Below are positions 40,271 through 51,504 of a stretch of 64,000 bases of DNA, one piece after another. The translations under genes were made by a program, and so were the position numbers. Numbering within the stretch: the stretch's first letter is position 1; every line of letters begins with the position of its first letter. The notes beneath the pieces are model-generated. The model saw nothing but the letters and a program-made list of their open reading frames with translations, did not search any database and was not told where the DNA came from. This DNA is from Mobula hypostoma (taxonomy: Eukaryota): contig NC_086097.1 of the NCBI RefSeq assembly GCF_963921235.1, forward strand, positions 35,466,001 through 35,530,000, given 5' to 3'.

Positions 40271-42896
40271 GTGTTATTCATAGGTTTGTTCAGTTATTGT
40301 GTCCACATCGGCCACTCCTCTGCACCCTTCATTCTCCCCGTGCATTGTCACTTTACACTGACACTCCACATCTCATGCCTACACTGACACAACCTCTCTC
40401 CTACTGTCTTTTCATATAGCCTACTGCTACTTAGAAGAGTTCCTCTTGCCAAGAGTCACTTTCTCACTTTATCATTTCCTGTCAATCACCGTATGTTCAG
40501 ATTCTCCCGTATAAATGGCCACATTGAACAGTTACTTGTACATTGTATTTTATAGGATTGCTTTTATATTTATATTTGTTTTTTTTCGCTTATTATTTTT
40601 TAATGCTGCATCAGGTCTGGAGTAACAATCATTTTGTTCTGTTTTACACTTATGAAGACTGACAATATATTAACGATCTTGAATGTTGAAAACTGCATGA
40701 AAGGCAAATTTAGAGTGTAGGTAAAATATTTCCACACACAAAGGCTATCCAACACTCAGAACAGAAAAGATGACAGGACTAATTCCAGAGTTGTGTAGAA
40801 AACAAGTGAGTCATTCCTGGGTGATGTAGATTAAAAGTAAATGAGTTTCATGCTTGCCTTGCATGATTTCCAAGTGGATTTTCCTTTCTGATCTTTCATG
40901 AACTCAGCTTTTCTCTAATCCAGTTGCTTATTCTAATGGAGGGAGATGCATAAGATCATACACTTTCCATTGTTACCAGTTCATGATATAAGAACAGTAT
41001 AAACCTTTGGCGATGCTGGTCTGCATGAGACATACAGTTCTGCTGAAATGGCATTTTATGTTAATGGATGTTGTTCAAAGGCCAGCCTCTCCAATTGTGC
41101 TGCCACAGGAGCTAATCTCAAATTTAAACTTTCAATTTCATCCCACCCACACCAAACAGCCCTGCAGACCAAAGTCTTTATGAGTAGGGCACTCTTGGCT
41201 GGACAACCAAGAACAGCATCCTGCTCCTCTAAAGTGTATAAATTATAGTTGTTTAAGCTATATAATTATCATTTTATACACCTGAATTCCCAGCTCTGCC
41301 TACTTATATCCAAGCTCTGCTGATTTATGTAAGTAATGTTTATACTGTGCAATAGAAATATTAAATTTTCAGTGCCTCAGGGAAGCCATCTATTTTCACT
41401 CTCTTGTTTCCCTGTGTTGGGGTATAAACTGTTTCACACTGCCTGTTTTGCAATGGTTATGAAAACCATATTTGAGGTTGTTTGCTGCGCTCATATAAAA
41501 TATCCACTTACCTAAAATAAAGCTTTAATAATGATTGTTGAACTACATAAACACATGGTAATCAGCTCTTCAGTCCAACTGGTCTATATTAACCACATCT
41601 TCCTTCCTGCTAGTCCCATCAGCCCATAATCCCCCAAGCCATTTCCCTCCACGTCTGTTTCAAAATGCCTCTTAAATCTTGCATTTGTACACACCTCTAC
41701 CACTTCTTCTGGCAGCTCATCCCAGCTACTCAGTACCCTCTGTGTAAAGAAGTTACCTTCAGGTCACTTGTAAATCTTTCCATTTTTGTATCTATCTCCT
41801 CTAATCTTCGACTCCCCAACCCTGAGGAAAAGACTATTAGTATCCACCCCTCATGCGTTTATAAACTTCTATCAGGTCAGTCCGTATGCTCCAGGGAATA
41901 GCGATCCATTGTTGTCAACCTCTCCCTATAATTTAGGCCGTCTAGTCCAGACAAGATCCTTGTAAATCTCCTTTGCACCCTCTCTAGCTTGATAGTGCCT
42001 TTCCTATAACAGGATAGCCAGACCTGTACACAGTACTCCAAGTGCGGCTGCACCAATTACATACATAACTGCAATATAATGTCCCTAGCCCTAAATCTGA
42101 TGCCCCAACTGAAGGACAACCTGTTAAATGCTGCCTTCGCCACCCTGTTAACTTGCAAGACCACTTTCAGCATACTGTACCTGTAGTCACAAGTTGCCCT
42201 GTTCCTCAACCCTTGTCAGTGTGTTGTCGTTCACTCTATAAGTCTCACCTTGCTTCGACTGCCATAACTGCATCACCTCACACTTCAAACTCAAATTCAA
42301 GTTCAAGTTTAGTGTTATTCAACCATTCATGAATACCCATGAATACAGCCAAATGAAACAGCATTACTCCAGGGCCAAGGTGCAAAACACAATACCAACA
42401 CTCACACACAGCACATGGCAAATATAGCACATATAAACTAGCAAGCACGTATAAGGTAACAGTAAAATACAGTCACACAAAAAAATATAATCCAAGTCCC
42501 TGAGTCCATGAATGTTGCAGCAGTCTGCAGTCACACATAATGCAGTATGTCTTCTGCTGAGCGAACGTTAGGGGGCAGCACTGACTCCACCATGGACACT
42601 GTGCCTCAATGCCTCCGACACTGCAGTGGAGTACCCGATTCCAACGTCTCTCTTGGAGCGGTTGCAAACAGTCGACACCACAGATTGAGGGCTAGTCGTC
42701 GCTACGAATGAAGCAATGCAGCTCCCCTGCCTTTCGCCAATATACCACTGAATTGGACTTGCAGCATTCCACACCACCAAGATGGTCTTGCTATCACAAG
42801 TTTTCTAAGTTGAAATCCATTTGCCACTCCTCAGCCTATCTCCCTAACTGATCAAGATCTCTGCAACTTACTGTAACCTGTTTTGCTTACAACATG

Positions 42897-43049
42897 CATC
42901 AAAGTTGCTGGTGAACACAGCAGGCCAGGCAGCATCTCTAGGAAGAGGTACAGTCGACGTTTCGGGTCGAGACCCTTCGTCAGGACTAACTGAAGAAAAA
43001 GTTAGTAAGAGGTTTCCAGCATCTGCAGAATTCCTGTTGTTTGTTGTTC
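42897..43049 (-). mobile_element. Penelope pseudo-LTR insertion with an inverted terminal segment
   Basis: 12-bp TSD gcttacaacatg (42885-96, 43050-61); minus-strand pLTR 42897-43010 joined to plus-oriented tttccagcatctgcagaattcctgttgtttg. Confidence 0.85.
42951..42988 (-). ncRNA. Minimal type I hammerhead ribozyme motif, intact
   Basis: UAGUC CUGACGA A GGGU-CUCG-ACCC GAAAC GUC GACUG: helix I UAGUC/GACUG, helix II GGGU/ACCC, palindromic ACGU in place of helix III. Confidence 0.72.
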
Positions 43050-43224
43050 GCTTACAACATGACTCCCTAATTTAGTATCATAAGCAAACTAGCTTATTGT
43101 GTCACATACATTCTTATCCAAATCACTTGCATAATAATGACCACAACTTAATGTTTCAGAGTGTTTGACAAATTCATCCTGTAAATGCAAGCATGGAATA
43201 GAAAAGGGAAAGTTGAAATCATAT

Positions 43225-43600
43225 CACAAGATTCTGCAGATGCTGGAAATCCAGAGTAGCACAAAGAAAATGCTGGACGAACTCGGCAGGTCAGGCAGTA
43301 TCTAAGGAAAGGAATAAACGGTTCACGTTTCAGGCTGAGAATTTTCATCAGGACTGGAAAGGAAGGGAGAAGAAGCCAGGATAAGAAGCTGGGTGGGGTG
43401 GGGGTGTGGGGAAGAGCACAAGCTAGAAGGTGATCGATGAAGCCAGCTGAGGAAGAAGGTAGGTGGCTGGAGAAGGGAGATGAAGTGCGAAGCTGGGAAG
43501 TTGGGATGAAGAAGGAATCTGATAGGAGATGAGAGTGGACCATGGGAGAAAGGGAAGGCGGAAGGGTACCAGGGAGCAGGTGAAAGAGAAGAGGTAAGAG
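43225..43600 (-). mobile_element. Penelope-like 3' UTR/pseudo-LTR, decayed hammerhead at ~43318-43357
   Basis: acaagattctgcagatgctggaaatcc end; minus strand cagtcctgatgaaaattctcagcctgaaacgtg. Confidence 0.75.
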
Positions 43601-43659
43601 TTTTAACATCTTGCAGGGTGGTAAAGATTTGAAAACTGCAACTCTTGCCTGGAGTGAGT

Positions 43660-46600
43660 CTTAAAGAAAGGAGGTGAAAGTGGAGTGGCCATTGTGTGAT
43701 TGGACGGTATTAGAGTGGTCTGGCTTTGACTCCACAGGCTTGGGTAAGCATAGGCGGAGGTTCTAAGTAAGTTTCTAGTAATTTTTTAAATCAGTAGTAC
43801 ATAGCTAGTGCACTGAGAATGAGTCCAGAGTTAGCAAGATGTTCATTGTGTGAGATGTGGGAACTTTGGGAGACCTCCAATCTCCCAGATAAATACATCT
43901 GCACGAAGTGTACCAAACTGCGGCCCCTTAAAGACCATGTTAAGGAACTGGAGTTGCAGCTTGATGAGCTTTGGCTTATATTGGAGAATAAGGAGGTGAT
44001 AGATAGGAGCTACAGTGAGGTAATCAGCCCTAAGTTGCAGGAGGCAGATATCTGGCTGATTGTTTAGGCAGGGAAAGGGAATAGGCAGCCAGTGCAGAGC
44101 ACCCCTGTGGCCATTCCCTCAATAATAAGTACATTGCTATTGACACTGTTGGGGAAAGAAGACTGCAATAGTAATAGGGGATTCCATAGTTAGGGGAGCA
44201 GACAAGAGACTCTGTGAATGTGATAGACACTGGGATGGTATTTTGCCTCCCAGGTGCCAGGGTCAGGGACGTCTTGGATCGGGTCCACAGCATTCTAAAG
44301 GGGGAAGGTGAACAGTCAGATGTGGTGGTACATATTGGTACCAACAACATAGGTAGGAAATGGAAGGAGGTCCTGAAGAGAGAACATAAGGTGTTAGGTA
44401 GAATACTGCAAAGCAGTAAACACAAAATATTCTGCAGATGCTGGGGTCAAAGCAACACGCACAACATGCTGGAGGAACTCAGCAGTTCGGACAGCATCCG
44501 TGGAAATGGACAGTCAACGTTTCGGGCCAAGACCCGACGAGTCTCGGTCCGAAACGTTGACTGTTCTTTGCCACGGATGCTGCCCGACCTGCTGAGTTCC
44601 TCCAGCGTGTTGTGCATACTGCAAAGCAGGGCCTCCAGGGTAGTAATCTCTGGATTCCTGCCTGTGCCATGCACCAGTGAGGTTAAGAATAGGAAGATTT
44701 GGTGGATGAATGTGTTGCTGAGGAACTGGTGGAGAGGGCAGGATTTCAGATTTCTGAATCATTGGAATCTCTTCAGGCGAAGGTATGACACAAAAAGGAC
44801 AGGTTATATCTGATGGGACCAAGTCCTTGTGGGTAGGTTTGATAGAGCTGTTGGAGAAGATTTAAACTAATTAGGCATGGGGATAGAGCCGAGGATAGAA
44901 CAGTTAGTATACAAGTAGAGGCAGTGTGTAGTGAGACTTTGAGAAAGGACAGGCAGCTGATAGGGCAAAACTGCAGTCAGTGGGATGAGTTGAAGTGGGT
45001 GAAAAGGGTGATGAATACAGGACTGAAGGTGTTATATTTGAATGCACACAGTATCCGGAATAAGGTAAATAATCTTGTAGCGCAATTAGAAATTGGCAGA
45101 TATGATGTTGTGGGCATCACTGAGCCGTGGCTGAAGGAAGATCATAGTTGGGAGCTTACCCTCCACGGATACACATTGTATCAAAAAGACAGAGAGGGTG
45201 GTATGGCTCTGCTGGTGAAAAATAAAATCAAATCTTTAGAAAGAGGCTGTATTGGATCAGAAGATGTAAAATCCTTGTGGGTAGAGTTAAGAAACTGCAA
45301 ATGTAAAAGAGATACTGTTGGGAGTCGTATACAGGTCTCCAAATAGTAGCAAGGATGTGGGATACAAATTACAATGGGAGATAGAAAAGATGTGTAAAAA
45401 GGGCTATATTATGATAGTCATGGGGGATTTCAATATGCAAGTAGATTAGGGAAATCCCATGGTGCTGGATTCCCGAGAGAGAGTTTATAGATGGTCTACG
45501 AAATTGCTTTTTAGAGCAGCTTGTGGTTGAGCCCACATGAGGAAAGGCAATTCTGGCTTGGGTGTTGTGTAATGAACCAAAATTTGAGTCGGTGGCTGAG
45601 GGTAAAGAAACCCTGAGGAAACTGTGATCATAGTATACTAGAATTCACCCTGCAGTGTAAGACAGAGATGATGAAGACAGATGTATTGGCACTACAGTGG
45701 AGTAAAGGGAATTATGGAGGCATGAGGGAGGAGAAGGCAAAGTTGATTGTAAGGAGACACTTGCAGAACAGCAATGACAAGGAAAGTCCAAGTCCGCATA
45801 AGAACAAAGGATAGGGCATATAACAGAGCAAAAATTAGTGGGGAATTAGAGGATTGGTACGCTTTTAAAACCAACAGAAGGCAACCAAAAAAAATCATAA
45901 AGAGAGAAAAGATGAAATATGAGAGAAGCTAGCCAATAATAAAACAAAAGATGCAATAAGATTTTTAAATACATAAAGAGTAAAGAAGAGGCAAGACTGG
46001 ATATCGGACAGCTGGAAAATGACACTGGAGAGGTAGCAATGGGAGACAAAGGAATGGCAGAGGAACTGAATAAGTATTTTGTCTCAGTCTTCAGTATGCC
46101 AGAAGTTTCAGTGTCAGGGGGCAGAAATGGATGTTGGTGCTATTAATAACAAAAAGGTGCTTGGGAAACTGGAAGGTCTGAAGGTAAATAAATCACCTGG
46201 AGCACATGAACTACATCCCAGAGTTCTGAAAGTGGTAGGTGAAAAGATTGTGGAGGCATTAGTATCAAGAATCAATATATTCTGACATGGTCCCAGAGGA
46301 CCTGAAAATTGCAAATGTTACTCCATTCTTTAAGAGGGAGGGAGGCAGAAGGAAGGAAATTATAGGCCAATTAGCCTGATTCAGTGGTTGGGAAGATGTT
46401 GGAGTCCATTATTATGGATGAGGTTTCGGGGTACTTGGAGGCACACGATAAAATAGGCCAAAATCAGCATGGTTTCCTTAAGGGAAAATCTTGCCCAACA
46501 AATATGTTTGAATTCTTTGAGGAAATAACAGGCAGGATAGACAAAGGTGAATCAGTGGGTGTTGTGTATTTAGATTTTTAGAAGGCCTTTGACAAGATAC

Positions 46601-47725
46601 TGCGCATGAGGCTGCTTAACAAGATTAGAGACAATTGTATTAGAGGTAAGATACTTGTATGGATAGATGGTTGGCTGACTGGCAGGATGCAAAAAATGGG
46701 AATAAAAGGGGCCTTTTCTGGTTGACTGCTGGTAACTAGTGGTGTTTCTCAAGGGTCAGGGTTGGGACTCCTTCTTTTCGCATTATATGTGAATGACTTG
46801 GATGAAGGAATTGATGGCTTTGCGGCCAAGTTTGCAGATGATACGAAGTTAGGTGGAGGGGCAAGTTATGTGAGGGAGCAGGGAGTCTGCAGAAGGATTT
46901 AAACAGGTTGGGAGAAGGGGCAATGAAGTGGTAAATGGAATATAGTGTAGGGAAATGTATGGTCATGTACTTTGGCAGAAGGAATAAGGACATAGACTAT
47001 CTTCTTAACAGGGAGAAAATTAAAAAATCAGAGGTGCAAAGAGCCTTGAGAGTCTTTATGTAGGATTCCCTGAATGTTAACTTGCATGTTGAGTCTGTGG
47101 TAAGGAAGGCAAATGCAATGGTAGCATTCATTCTGAGAGGACTAGAATATAAGAACAAGGATATAATGATGAGGCTTTATAAGTCATTGGTCAGACTGCA
47201 CCTGGAGTATGGTAAGCTGTTTTGGGCCTCTTATCTATGAAATTATGTGCTGGTATTGGAGGATCACAAGAGTGATTCCGGTTATGAAAGGATTAGCCAA
47301 TGAGGAGTGTATGATGGCTCTGGGCCTGTACTTGCTGGGGTTTAGAAGAATTAGGGGGGATCTCATTGAAACCGATTGAATATTGAAAGGTCTGGATAGA
47401 GTGGATGTCAGAAAGATTTTTCCCACAGTGGTTGAGTCTAGGATCTGAGGGCACAGCCTCAGACTAGAGGGAAATCCACTTAGAACGGAGGTGAGGAGGA
47501 ATTTCTTTAGCCAGATGGTAGTGAATCTGTGGAATTCATTGCGCCAGACAGCTGTGCAGGCCACATCATTGAGTACATTTAAAGTGTAGCTTGATAGTTT
47601 CTTGATTAGTTAGGGCATCAGAGGTTACAGAGAGAAGGCAGGAGAATGGGGTTGAGAGGGATAATATATCAGCCATGATGGAATGGTGGAGCAGAGCAGA
47701 TGGGCCGAATGGGTTAATTCTGCTC
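43660..47725 (+). mobile_element. Near-full-length degenerate CR1 LINE (5' UTR, ORF1, ORF2, 3' UTR)
   Basis: ORF 43819-44067 CSLC...CTKC plus Leu heptads; esterase motifs CLPGA/HIGTN; ORF2 YLNAHS, QHGF, tttgcagatgat near 46831; many disablements. Confidence 0.9.
44417..44615. mobile_element. Palindromic Penelope pseudo-LTR insertion in CR1 ORF1
   Basis: 14-bp TSD atactgcaaagcag (44403-16, 44616-29); inverted arms 44459-44535 and 44539-44615. Confidence 0.9.
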
Positions 47726-48554
47726 CTTTGTCTTATGTCCTTAATAGGGGAGCCAGAGTGGGGAATGGAAGAAGGTGGAAGGGGGAGGAGGAGATTACCA
47801 GAAGTCAGAGAAAGCGATATTAATGCCATCAGGTTGGAGGCTGTCCAGATGGAGTATGTTGTGTATTGTAGGGACTCCTTAATTTCATTAGGTAGAATTC
47901 ACCCAGACTGTTAAGGGTTAAGCTTGCCATGTATGTTACATGTTATGTTGTACGTTGTTACGTTCTGGTATATTCTTAAATATATATGATGTCAAGATTT
48001 GTTGGCGGGTGGCATAAAGTGTACGTTGGAAGTAATTATACTCGTGTCAGTTTTTGTCAACACCCCTACAGTATTGAATTTAAAGTTAAGATTATGGCTT
48101 CACAGGATCACTAGCAATTGGCTCACAAATGTGGTACCTAATATTGCTTTCTAATTTGAGGATAAGGTAAGATCATTGGAATTAGAAATGCCCATTGCAA
48201 AAATTACAATGGAGTTTAATGATTTCTTCCTAAGGTAGAAAATAATCCAGTTGTGAGAAATCTGACTTATTTTAAAGGAGTTGCTACTTGACAATTTTTC
48301 GAGCAATGAAGTGTGTCCACTACCAAGGGCTCTCCTAAAGATTTCACCCCTCACACGCAGCATTATTGAAATGGTGACATACCTAATTTGGAACTGGTCT
48401 AATGTCCATATCATTCACCTAACTCTACCAGATACTTGCCATCTAGGTTAAGGTCTTGAGATGGTTGCCAGCTGTTTGCGAAGGGATTAGTTATTCTAAT
48501 AAAATCAGATCACAGTGTAATCTTTGGGGCCACAATTCCAGCTATAAATTATAG

Positions 48555-50820
48555 CCAGAGGCGGTGGTGTAGCTCTGTTAGTAAAAAATGAAATCAAATT
48601 CTTAGAAAGCGGTGACATTGGATCAGAAGATGTAGAATCCATGTGGGTAAAATGAAGAAACTGCAAAGGTAAAAAGACTCTGAAGGGAGTTATATATAGG
48701 TGTCTGAACAGTAGACAGGATGTGGGCTACAAATTACAATGGGAAATAGAAAAGGTATGCAAAAAGGGCAATGTTATGATAGTCATGGGGGATTTCAATA
48801 TGCGGGTAGATTGGGAATATGATGTTGGTGCTGGATCCCAGAAGAGGGAATTTGTAGAATGCCTTTGTGCCATGTATTCTTCAGACCAGTGTGAGGTGCC
48901 AGAGAGTGCAGGCCCCGGCACTCCGATGAACCTGAACATCACTGATTTGTCTTAATTAGAACTTGTCGAGTGACTTTCTAGTCTTTAAGTTTTTCATGCC
49001 ACTTGTTTTTTTGAATGTGGGTTCCTCGTGCATCCTGTTTTTAGTTTACTGAGTTTTGATTTTGATAGTCGTGTGGTTCCAATGCTATATGCACTATTTA
49101 ATTTCAACATGACTAACATTCATTGCTGAGCCCTGAATTTGGGTTCCATGTGAATTAATGCTCTGTGTACACTAGCCTTCTTGAGAAAGCACACTTTGAG
49201 TCATTTGCTATTCCTCTGTTATGTTCTTAGAATAAATCTTCATTGTTACTTTTACTTTTGCGTCTCAAGTTTACTCTGCATCTGGGTTCATTTACCTGAA
49301 GATCTCGTTACACTATGAGATGGCTTTTTAGAGCAGCTTGTGGCTGAGGAATGACAATTCCTCTAGGGGAAAGACAATTTTGGATTGGGTGTTATGTAAT
49401 GACCCAGATTTGATTAGGGAGCTTAAGATAGAAGAACCCTTAGGAGACAGTGATCATAATATGATAGAATTCACCCTGCAGTTTGAGTAGGATAAGATAA
49501 AATCAAATGTATCAGTATTACAGTGGAGTAAAGCGAATTACAGAGGCATGAGAGAGGAGCTGGCCAAAGTCGATTGGAAAGAGACAGTAGCAGGGATGAT
49601 GATGAAACAACAATGGCTGGAGTTTCTGGGAGAAATTCATAGGGCACAAGAAAGATACATCCCAAAGATGAGGAAGTATTGTAAAGGGAGAATGAGACAA
49701 CTATGGCTGACAAGGGATGTCAAAGACACTGTAAGAGCAAAAGAGAGGAAAGATATTAGCCTGGATAGAAGATTGGCTGACTGGCAGGATGTAAAGAGTG
49801 GGAATAAAGAGGGCATTTTCTGGTTGGCTGATAGTATCTAGTGGTGTGTTGCAGGGGTTGGTTCTTTGGACAACTTTCCACGTTATATGTCAATGATTTG
49901 GATGAAGGAATTAATAGTTTGCGGATGATATGAAGATAGATGGAGGAACAGGTAGTATTGAGGAAGTGGGGAGACTGCAGAAGGACTTAGATTGGGAGAA
50001 TGGACAAAGAAGTAGCAGGTAGAATATAGTGTAGGGAAGTGCATAGTCATGCACTTTGGTAGAAGGAATAAAGACGCAGACTATTTTCTCAATGGGGAGA
50101 GATTTCAAAAAATCAGAGGTGCTAAGGGACTTGGGAGTCCTTATGTAGGATTCCCTAAAGGTTAACTTGCAGGTTGAGGGTTGAGTTGATGGTAAGGAAG
50201 AAAACTGCAGTGTTAGCATTCATTTTGAGAGGACTAGAATGTAAGAACAAGGATGTCATGTTGAGGCTTTATAAGGCATTGGTCAGACTGCATTTGGAGC
50301 ATTGTGGGCAGTTTTGGGCCCTTACATAAAAAAAGATGCGCTGACATGGGAGAGAGTCCAGAAGAGGTTCAAGAGAATGATTCGGGGAATGAAAGAGCTA
50401 GCTGAACGTTGATGGGTCTGGGCCTATACGCCCTGAAGTTTTGAAGAATGAGTGGGGATCTCATTGAAGCATACCAAATATCAAAAGGCCTAGATAGAGT
50501 GGATGTAGAGAGGATCTTATAGAGGATGAGCCTAGGACCAGAGGGCACCATCTCAGAATAGGGGAACATCCATTTAGAGCAGAAATATGGAAAAAAAATT
50601 ATTTAGCCAGAGGGCAGTGAATCTATGGAATTTATTTCCACAGACAGCCAAGTCATTGGGTATATCTAAAGCGGAGGCTGATAAGTTCTTGATTAATCAT
50701 GCTGTCAAAGGTTACTTGGAGAAGGCAGGAGAATGGATTTGAGAGGAATAAATCGGCCATGATGGAATGGTGGGTCAAATGGCCTAATTCTGTTCCTACA
50801 TCTTATAGTATTTGCGGTCT
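48555..50820 (+). mobile_element. Degenerate, internally deleted CR1 ORF2/3' end
   Basis: IVMGDFN (ORF 48722), REELAKVDW (ORF 49548), jump near 49750 to the RT region, tttgcggatgat near 49918. Confidence 0.85.
48866..49312 (+). mobile_element. Probable solo LTR inserted in CR1
   Basis: 447-bp block tgtgcc...gttaca splitting CR1 gtagaatgcct|atgagatggc; aataaa at 49231; TSD imperfect. Confidence 0.5.
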
Positions 50821-51504
50821 TAAGAATATAATTGTACATGGCAGCAGGTGGCCAAACTAATGAAGGAACTGCAGAAGGGCTATCTCCATCATGGCCCCAG
50901 AAGCTTTCATTTATAATCCAGAGAGACTGGAGTGGCCTGCGTGCTTTGGAGAGTTTAAAACTCGCTAAGAAGTTTCTCCATGCCCTTAGCTTCTGATTCT
51001 CAGCTGAGACAGTATAGGTTACAGATTTGTCTCCACACTCACAGAATTGCTTCACCTTTAAAACAAGGTCCAAGGTTTCAGAATGGCTTAGGCCCACCAG
51101 CAGTAGCAGGAATGGGAACTGGCACCATCTGCTTCCACCCCACCCGTTATTCTGTGGCACCTACAATCAACCCTGACACAAAAATTGTGTTAACAGCATG
51201 GAATGTGCTGAAAACATTGATGCCTCGAGCAACTTAGAGAGCTTACTTAACTTTTATCATCAATTTGGTTGCTAGGTTTATTAATTAAACTTCTCTGCTA
51301 GTGATACATTTTGCTGGCTGCCTATTGGAATCAATTAATATTTTAGGTTCTGAGGTGAATTTCCTTTGAAGGGCTGTAAAATACCCATGATAAACCCAGA
51401 AACGCTTTTGGTTTAAGACACCATTAACTTTACAGTTCCCACTGGTAAATTGAAATTTATGGAGAAACTGTACTTTTGTTACTTATCCATGTGCAATAGC
51501 TCAT

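Larger units (their letters stand above)
41545..43150 (-). mobile_element. Old CR1 fragment with nested insertions (42285-42800 retroposon with (ttcaag)n tail; 42897-43049 Penelope)
   Basis: cacagtactccaagtgcgg (reverse complement of PHLEYCV) at ~42028; CR1 3' end near 41550-41640. Confidence 0.6.

Noticed and set aside
50838..51237. Short ORFs in unique sequence
   Set aside because: No recognisable domain or convincing splice-site pair.
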